Source: Dehalococcoidia bacterium (GTDB lineage: Bacteria > Chloroflexota > Dehalococcoidia > Plut-88900). From it: a stretch of DNA of 64,000 nt. Location: assembly GCA_965197645.1 (NCBI GenBank), contig OZ240219.1, forward strand, positions 1,152,001 to 1,216,000, written 5' to 3'. The notes below the pieces were generated by a model. It worked only from the letters and a program-made list of their open reading frames with translations, made no database searches and was not told the origin of the DNA. Below, piece by piece: positions 58,103-64,000 of this stretch. A program made the position numbers and the translations under genes. Every line of letters begins with the position of its first letter. Positions within the stretch are counted from its first letter, which is position 1.

Positions 58103-58129
58103 TTAGCACTCCCTGAAAGAGAGTGCCAA
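58103..58129. promoter_or_regulatory. CIRCE element (HrcA operator)
   Basis: TTAGCACTC-CCTGAAAGA-GAGTGCCAA versus consensus TTAGCACTC-N9-GAGTGCTAA. Confidence 0.85.
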
Positions 58130-58140
58130 CAGCCTTATGT

Positions 58141-58169
58141 AGTTTATCCATGAGGGGTTATCTTGTCAA
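58141..58169 (-). promoter_or_regulatory. sigma70 promoter upstream of CIRCE/fmdB-like gene
   Basis: TTGACA-N17-TAAACT. Confidence 0.7.
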
Positions 58170-58179
58170 CCAAATTTGC

Positions 58180-58232
58180 TTGGGGGCACATCCCCCAGGC
58201 CCCCTGCCAGAGGGAAGCCCTCTGGACTCCCA
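58180..58232 (-). repeat. Intergenic repeat, family B
   Basis: Reverse complement reads GGGAGTCCAGAGGGCTTCCCTCTGGCAGGGGGCCTGGGGGATGTGCCCCCA. Confidence 0.65.
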
Positions 58233-58257
58233 GGGTTGCATCCGTTAACGCCCCACC

Positions 58258-58385
58258 CCAGATTGCTTCGCTCGCTTCAACCTCCACAGGACCGATTCCC
58301 CTCGCTCGCAACGACACCCACGGTTGGCCTGAATCCATACCTTCGTCATTGCGAGACCCGACGAAGTCTGGGCGTGGCAATCTAG
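58258..58385. repeat. Intergenic palindromic repeat, family C
   Basis: Inverted homolog of 9915-10041 (shared GAATCCATACCTTCGTCATTGCGAG..GGCGTGGCAATCTAG). Confidence 0.7.
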
Positions 58386-58460
58386 CTAAATCCGGCCGTT
58401 CACCCGGCAGTGTTGTATCTTCCTACCGCCCTGGAATGCATTGGCAGGCTCATAGAACAA

Positions 58461-58539
58461 GGGGTGTGCAGAGGGGCGAAGCCCCTTCGCCGGGAGTCTG
58501 AGAGCCTACCCTCAGCCCGCCGAAGCGGTGTCCCTCAGA
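58461..58539 (+). repeat. Intergenic repeat, family A (partial; overlaps the MBL stop codon)
   Basis: GGGGTGTGCAGAGGGGCGAAGCCCCTTCGCCGGGAGTCTGAG..GTGTCCCTCAGA. Confidence 0.65.
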
Positions 58540-59371
58540 GGACTTGCCAGAAGCGTTTGCCCTCCAGCCGCACAACCTTGCCAAAGCCCGGTTCCGGGAA
58601 GTGGCCGGCCGCCACCGTCAGCCCCTCCTCCTCCACCCGTTTCATCAGCGCTTCCCGGGTCTCGTGGGCCACCTGGTGGTCGATGTCGGCGCTGTTGTCC
58701 CAGGCGGTCTCGTGGACCTGCATGGGGTGGTGAGCCGCGTCGCCGAGTATCAGGCCGTTTTCTCCCTGGGAGGAGACCAGGATGCTCATATGGCCCGGCG
58801 TGTGTCCCGGGGTTGGGATGGCGGTCAACTCGTCGGTTAGGTTGTGGTCGCCGGCGACCAAATCCAGCAGGCCCATGTCCTCCAGCGGTTCTACGGGCCT
58901 GGAGTCGTAGAAGACTCCTTCGGGGTTGGATACCTGGTTGAAGAAGTTCCAATCGATGGTGCTGCACACGTACCGCGCGTTGGGGAAGGTTGGACGTGCC
59001 GGTCCGCTTCCGTTGCTCAAATTCCAGCCCACGTGATCGAAGTGCAGGTGAGTCATGAAAACGGTGTCCACTTCGTTGACGTTCAGACCCTCTTTCCGCA
59101 AGTTGTCCATCAGCAGGCCGCAGCGGCCCTGGTCTTCCGGTAGCGGGGCCGGGCCCATGCCCGTGTCTACGAACAAAGTCCGCCCGCCGGACCTGACAAG
59201 AAACGATCCCAGGTTCATGTCCATCATCGGTGCCGATTCGGGGGCGCTGCAGCCGCAGGCCCAGACCGTTTCCGGTACATCGGGGAAGGTGTCCTTGGCC
59301 GTTCCTCGCAGGTATCCGTCCGACAGTGAGACCAGAGTGACGTTGCCGATAGTTATGGTGTTGGAAGCCAT
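58535..59371 (-). CDS. MBL-fold metallo-hydrolase (lactonase/organophosphate hydrolase-like)
   Basis: THLHFDHVGW, PTPGHTPGH, ILGDAAH, AGHF. Confidence 0.9.
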   Translation of the reverse strand: MASNTITIGNVTLVSLSDGYLRGTAKDTFPDVPETVWACGCSAPESAPMMDMNLGSFLVRSGGRTLFVDTGMGPAPLPEDQGRCGLLMDNLRKEGLNVNEVDTVFMTHLHFDHVGWNLSNGSGPARPTFPNARYVCSTIDWNFFNQVSNPEGVFYDSRPVEPLEDMGLLDLVAGDHNLTDELTAIPTPGHTPGHMSILVSSQGENGLILGDAAHHPMQVHETAWDNSADIDHQVAHETREALMKRVEEEGLTVAAGHFPEPGFGKVVRLEGKRFWQVL

Positions 59372-59400
59372 TTCCCTCTCTCCTTTAGAACAACTAGGAT

Positions 59401-60231
59401 TCAGAGTGCCTGAAAGTAACGCTTACCCTCCAGCCGTATCACCCTACCGAAGCCGGGGGCCGGGAAGTGGCCGGCTGCCAGGGTCAGACCCTCCTCCTCC
59501 AGCCATTTCATAGTCGATTCCCGGGTTGTTCCGGCCGTGTCACTGTCCACGTCTGCCGTGTTCTCCCAGCCGGTCTCGTGGACCTGTCGAGGGTGGTGAG
59601 CGACGTCCCCCAGGATAAGCCCCTTCTCACCGTCGGAGGAGACCAGGATGCTCATGTGGCCCGGGGTGTGGCCGGGGGTGGGGATGGCCGTAACCTCATC
59701 CGTGAGGCTGTGCTCGCCGTCGATGGTATCCAGGACGCCATCCCGGTCCAGCGGGTCCATGGCTTTGGGACGGGAGAGTTCGCTGGCGGTCTCGGCGTCT
59801 TTGTGAAAGAAGCTCCAGTCCTCGGAGCTCACCAGGTATCGAGCCCTGGGAAAGGTGGGAACATAACGCCCCTCTCGCTTGCTGGTGTTCCAGCCGATGT
59901 GATCGTAGTGGAGGTGGGTCATGAAAACGATATCGATCTCTCCTGGGTCGATGGACTGGGAAGACAACTTGTCCATCAGCAGTCCCCACTCGCTGCCGGA
60001 GTCATCGAGAGGCAAGGGCCCCATGCCCGTGTCCACCAGAATAGTCTGTCCGCCGGACCGAACCAGGTAGCTGCCCAGGTTAAGGTCCAGCTGTGGGGCG
60101 CCATCGGGCAGAGAGCAGCCGCATGCCCAGATGGTGTCCGGGACATCGGGGTAGAACTCCCGTGCCTTGAACCGCATGATCCCATCGGACAGGTGGACTA
60201 CCTGAACGTTCCCTATGGTTATCTGTTCGAT
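59401..60231 (-). CDS. MBL-fold metallo-hydrolase, tandem paralog (probable ATC start)
   Basis: THLHYDHIGW, PTPGHTPGH; homology to the paralog N-terminus extends 18 codons upstream of the first ATG (60177). Confidence 0.88.
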   Translation of the reverse strand: MEQITIGNVQVVHLSDGIMRFKAREFYPDVPDTIWACGCSLPDGAPQLDLNLGSYLVRSGGQTILVDTGMGPLPLDDSGSEWGLLMDKLSSQSIDPGEIDIVFMTHLHYDHIGWNTSKREGRYVPTFPRARYLVSSEDWSFFHKDAETASELSRPKAMDPLDRDGVLDTIDGEHSLTDEVTAIPTPGHTPGHMSILVSSDGEKGLILGDVAHHPRQVHETGWENTADVDSDTAGTTRESTMKWLEEEGLTLAAGHFPAPGFGRVIRLEGKRYFQAL

Positions 60232-60306
60232 AGATACACCTCCAGACCAAACTGGCCCAACCGGACGGGAGTTTGAGGTGCCTCCACCTCGCTGACTGGT
60301 CCGGGT

Positions 60307-61692
60307 CTAGCTGGTAACACCGACCTCTTTTTCGAACTCGGTGAGTGATCGGTCCAGGGCATCCACCAGCTCGTCGATCTGGTCCCTGGTGATGGACAGG
60401 GGTGGGGCGATGAAGAGGGGCAAGCCCCTGGTGTGGGCGGCGGGACGCCGTGGCCCGTACAGGGTGCCGTACATCGCCAGACCGTTCTTCATAGCGATGC
60501 TCTGGAACCGCTCCTCTGCGTTTACCTCCGGCGGGAAGAACTCCATCGATTCCTTGTTGTTGACGAACTCTGGAACGAAGAGCATTCCCTGGCCCCGCAC
60601 GTCGGCGATGGTCGGGTGCTCCATCAGAGCGTCCTTCTTCGAATGGAGGTAGGCCCCCATCTCGGCCGCGTTTTCTATCAGCCCATCCTTCTCCAGGATA
60701 TCGATGACGGCGAGACCGGCGGCGCAGGCCAGTGCGTGACCCGAGTAGGTGTAGCCGTGGATGAAATGAGCGTCTCCCGAGGCAAAAGGCTCGTTGACCT
60801 CGTCGCTGACCGTGACCGCGGCCAGGGGTTCGTAGCAGCTGGCAATACCCTTGGCGGTGACCATTATGTCGGCCTGGACGTCGTAGTGCTCCATACCGAA
60901 CCACTTACCGGTCCGGCCCCAGCCGGTGATCACCTCGTCGGCAATCAGCAATATGTCGTACCTGTCGCAGATCTCTCGGATGGTGTGCCAGTACTGAGCG
61001 GGAGGCTTGAGGCCGTAGTCCTCGCCCTGGCCCAGGGGCATGGCGACGAACGCGGCCACGTTTTCGGCGCCGGTGTAGTGTATTGCTTCCTCCAGCTCCC
61101 TAGCGCACTGGATGGCGTAGTCCTCGAAGCTGGTCCGGGGCGGGGTCTGGGTGCTGGGCTGGCGAATGTGAGGCCAGGCGAAGAGCATGTTGTTGAACTG
61201 GTTCCGGTTGGTGGGCCCGCCGGCCACCGATAGCGCCCCGAGGCTCATTCCGTGATAGCTCTCCCATCGGGAGATGACTATGTTCTTCTGGGGATTGCCC
61301 CTGGCGGTGTGATACTGATGGGCCAGCTTGATGGCCGTCTCTATCGCCTCCGAACCTCCCGAGGCCAGGAAGGTGGTGTTGAGAGTGCCCGGCGCTTTTT
61401 CGCTGATCCTTTCGCACAACTCGGCTCGAGGCCTGTTGGAGAGGACCGGGTGGACGTAGGAGAACTTCTCCGCCTGCTTGGTGATCGCCTCGATAATCCG
61501 AGGATCACCGTGTCCCAGGTTGACCGCCATCGGCCCGCCGGAGGCGTCCATGTAGCGGTTGCCGTCCTCGTCGTAAAGATAGACGCCCTCAGCACGATCT
61601 AGGACCGGTGTGAAGGGATGGTAGGAGAACGGCTTTTCCCAGATCCCATCGGGCTTTCTCAGTCCAGGCCTTGATTCTCCGACAGCTGCCAT
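60307..61692 (-). CDS. Class III PLP-dependent aminotransferase
   Basis: AEGVYLYD, SGGSEAIETA, SYHG, LLIADEVITGWGRTG, TAKG, HGYTY; start at ATG 61692 after GGGGAGG. Confidence 0.92.
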   Translation of the reverse strand: MAAVGESRPGLRKPDGIWEKPFSYHPFTPVLDRAEGVYLYDEDGNRYMDASGGPMAVNLGHGDPRIIEAITKQAEKFSYVHPVLSNRPRAELCERISEKAPGTLNTTFLASGGSEAIETAIKLAHQYHTARGNPQKNIVISRWESYHGMSLGALSVAGGPTNRNQFNNMLFAWPHIRQPSTQTPPRTSFEDYAIQCARELEEAIHYTGAENVAAFVAMPLGQGEDYGLKPPAQYWHTIREICDRYDILLIADEVITGWGRTGKWFGMEHYDVQADIMVTAKGIASCYEPLAAVTVSDEVNEPFASGDAHFIHGYTYSGHALACAAGLAVIDILEKDGLIENAAEMGAYLHSKKDALMEHPTIADVRGQGMLFVPEFVNNKESMEFFPPEVNAEERFQSIAMKNGLAMYGTLYGPRRPAAHTRGLPLFIAPPLSITRDQIDELVDALDRSLTEFEKEVGVTS

Positions 61693-61741
61693 AATAACCT
61701 CCCCGTTGCCTAGCTGTTGCGCCCGTTTCGTAGCTATGGCG

Positions 61742-61770
61742 ATACTAACATGGCCCCAAAAAGCCGTCAA
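61742..61770 (-). promoter_or_regulatory. sigma70 promoter of the aminotransferase
   Basis: TTGACG-N17-TAGTAT with an extended TG. Confidence 0.55.
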
Positions 61771-61901
61771 CGACAGCTAGATGACTCTCTCCACACGCCA
61801 TGAAATGGTGGTGTACCGAAGAGAGGAAAACGGAGCATTGGCGAACTTCAACCCGAAGGGGTAAAATCGGCGGCAGGTCTGCTTCGATTCAGGAGGTGTA
61901 C

Positions 61902-63137
61902 ATGGAGGGTCCCCTTGCCGGCATCAAGGTGCTGGAGGTAGCCAACTTCCTCGCCGTGCCCTCGGCTGGCGTTTTGATGGCGGACATGGGCGCCGACGTG
62001 ATCAAGGTCGAGCCGCCCAGCGGCGACCCCTATCGCCAGCGGTACGCCACTTCCGACTTCGATTTCGATTTCGCCACCTCCTACGGTTTCGAGCTGGACA
62101 ATCGAGGGAAACGCAGCATGGTCCTGGACCTGCGAAAGAAGAGGTCCCGGGAGGTGGTCCACGATCTGGCTGGCAAAGTGGACGTGTTCACCACCAACCT
62201 GCTGCCGCGGCGAATGGAGCGCTACAACCTCCGCTACGAGGACCTGGCCCCCGGTAATCCGCGGCTGATCTACCTGTGCTTCAACGGGTACGGCGCCGAG
62301 GGGGAGGAGAAAGACCGGCCCGGGTTCGACTACACGGCCTTCTGGGCCCGCTCCGGGGCGATGCATATCCTGAGCGATCCCGATCTGGCCCCCACCCAGC
62401 TGCGTCCCGGTTTCGGAGACCACTGCTCGGCGCCCCTGCTGCTGGCCGGCACCATGGTCGCCCTCTGGGAACGGGAGCGCACGGGCAAAGGCCAGAAGGT
62501 GTCAACCTCGCTGCTCAACATGGGCATGTGGGCCATCAGCGGCGACGTGCAACGGGCCCTGGTGGCGAACCTGGAGCCCAGGTACTACAGACGCACCACC
62601 GAGTCCAATCCCCTCCGCAACACCTATCGCACGAAGGATAGGAAATGGCTGAACATAGTCATGCTCAACAGGGACGATTCCTGGGTCAGGACCTGCACAG
62701 CCCTCGGTCGGGAGGACCTGTTGACCGATGACCGGTACAGCAGCCCCTCGCAACGGACCGAGCACAGCATCCAACTGATCGAAGAGTTCGACCGGGCCTT
62801 CGGATCGATGACCCTGGAGGAGCTGACTCCCAGGCTGGACGCCAATGCCGTCATATGGGCCCCCAAGCGCACGGTGCTGGAGGCCGTCAACGATGGGCAG
62901 ACGGTCGTAAACGAGATGATCACCTCTGTCGAGCACCCCGTTCACGGTGAGTACCGGACCCTGGATACCCCCATCAAGTTCAGCGAAAGCCAGGTTGGCG
63001 CCAAAAGGGCCGCCCCCGATGCAGGCCAGCACACCGAGGAGGTGTTGCTGGAGATGGGTTACTCCAGGTCGGATATCGATGAGCTCAGGACTGCCGGAGT
63101 CTTCACCGACGATACAGAGCCGGCCCCGCCGCACTAA
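61902..63137 (+). CDS. CoA-transferase family III (CaiB/BaiF)
   Basis: GPLAGIKVLE, ADMGADVIKVE, NRGKRS, RPGFD; SD AGGAGG before the ATG at 61902. Confidence 0.92.
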   Translation: MEGPLAGIKVLEVANFLAVPSAGVLMADMGADVIKVEPPSGDPYRQRYATSDFDFDFATSYGFELDNRGKRSMVLDLRKKRSREVVHDLAGKVDVFTTNLLPRRMERYNLRYEDLAPGNPRLIYLCFNGYGAEGEEKDRPGFDYTAFWARSGAMHILSDPDLAPTQLRPGFGDHCSAPLLLAGTMVALWERERTGKGQKVSTSLLNMGMWAISGDVQRALVANLEPRYYRRTTESNPLRNTYRTKDRKWLNIVMLNRDDSWVRTCTALGREDLLTDDRYSSPSQRTEHSIQLIEEFDRAFGSMTLEELTPRLDANAVIWAPKRTVLEAVNDGQTVVNEMITSVEHPVHGEYRTLDTPIKFSESQVGAKRAAPDAGQHTEEVLLEMGYSRSDIDELRTAGVFTDDTEPAPPH

Positions 63138-63241
63138 ATCGGACATTACGGCCCCGGCCCGGCGCCTCGCGCTAGGCGTACGTCTTAGGCCTCGACAAAA
63201 CCACAGTCAACCGCACACCGTGGCTCAGTTTATTATGGGGT

Positions 63242-63721
63242 TCACGTACGCGTTTTGGTTATTGGATATACCTGGTGATCAGGATCCCACCAAAGCAAAG
63301 CATAGATGTTCTCGTGTTTGATGCACCAGAACCGGGGTTTACTGCTAACCCGAAATGACCACAGGTTGTCCTGGTCATCCAGTTGCAGTTGCCGAAGCCG
63401 TTCCTTGGATTTCTTCGATATATTGGATAGAGGAACGCCGTGATGGCTTTTCGCAGCTTTCAGTTCGGGAATGGTCATTTTCTCGAATTCAGCCATCCGC
63501 GTCCAAACGGCCTGCCGCTCTGCATTGGAGATGTGGTTCCAAGAGAACGGCCCGCTCAAGTCACAAATACTGAACCGCCATGCCAAATGACGATCTTCAA
63601 TTGCTGCGATCCCGAGAATCGTCTTGGTTCGTTTGACGGCACTAATGGGTTCGTTCTGTTTGGTTCGCTTAGGGGCAGTATGGCGCTCCTTTTGCCTAGT
63701 TCGTTTAGTTTTCTTCGTCAT
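63242..63721 (-). CDS. Hypothetical basic protein, putative toxin partner of a Panacea antitoxin
   Basis: Overlaps the end of the upstream DUF4065 gene; C-terminal LWSFRV..LLWWDPDHQVYP; visibly lower GC. Confidence 0.6.
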   Translation of the reverse strand: MTKKTKRTRQKERHTAPKRTKQNEPISAVKRTKTILGIAAIEDRHLAWRFSICDLSGPFSWNHISNAERQAVWTRMAEFEKMTIPELKAAKSHHGVPLSNISKKSKERLRQLQLDDQDNLWSFRVSSKPRFWCIKHENIYALLWWDPDHQVYPITKTRT

Positions 63722-64000
63722 ATAGGAGTTCGCTGTAATATCCCATGAGGTCGTCGTGGGATATCACGGCATTCCCCCGTTCTCCTATATCTAGTCCAGC
63801 GCTTCGTCGGGTAGCTCGCCAAGGGCGTTCTCTGTGCGTTAAGGCGCTGAGTTCCGCCCCCGTCTTGTCTCCATAGGAGTCCAAGACAATGTCAATGGTT
63901 TCTTGCTGGTCTTGGGAGAGTTGACTGGAGTCGCCGTTCCCCATTTTGGAAATAGTGAAGTATCCTCGGTGTTTTTCGTATAGGGGAAGCACGACAGGCC
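63705..64000 (-). CDS. Panacea/DUF4065 (SocA/GepA-like) antitoxin, C-terminal part (truncated by window end)
   Basis: PVVLPLY..YGDKTGAELSALTHRERPW..ISHDDLMGYY, typical of the DUF4065 C-terminus. Confidence 0.75.
   Translation of the reverse strand, partial: PVVLPLYEKHRGYFTISKMGNGDSSQLSQDQQETIDIVLDSYGDKTGAELSALTHRERPWRATRRSAGLDIGERGNAVISHDDLMGYYSELLYDEEN

Overview
This is a GC-rich bacterial chromosomal segment. Its gene content (F420/FO synthase cofG/cofH, paralog-rich family-5 SBPs, CoA-transferases III, amidohydrolases, nusA-ylxR-infB-rbfA-truB without rimP) suggests Chloroflexota/Dehalococcoidia (SAR202-like); that assignment is inference. The core block (13.9-25.9 kb) holds pheT, pheS, rplT, rpmI, infC, thrS, tRNA-Val, truB, rbfA, infB, ylxR and nusA. 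Other core genes are thiD, moaD/moaE, tRNA-Ser, miaB, a Fur-family regulator and dtd. Main highlights: (1) A gene missed by the ORF track (50713-51150, minus) encodes a ferredoxin:thioredoxin-reductase catalytic subunit. Both redox-active Cys positions are in-frame TGA codons (CP-U...CPC...CI-U), and each TGA is followed by an identically positioned SECIS-like hairpin, making it a candidate double-selenocysteine (diselenide) FTR. (2) A cohesin lipoprotein, a dockerin-bearing metallopeptidase and an M28 aminopeptidase lipoprotein form an operon resembling a minimal cellulosome-like peptidase display system. It lies close to a peptide ABC transporter whose permease carries an inserted Asp-box beta-propeller. 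(3) Three tandem SBP genes share a 5'UTR block with SD + ATG-TAG-CAG-TAA. (4) An unannotated 45-aa gene lies divergent from a LysR regulator. Also present: several non-canonical start codons, a CIRCE element, three intergenic palindromic repeat families and a Panacea-type TA pair at the right edge.
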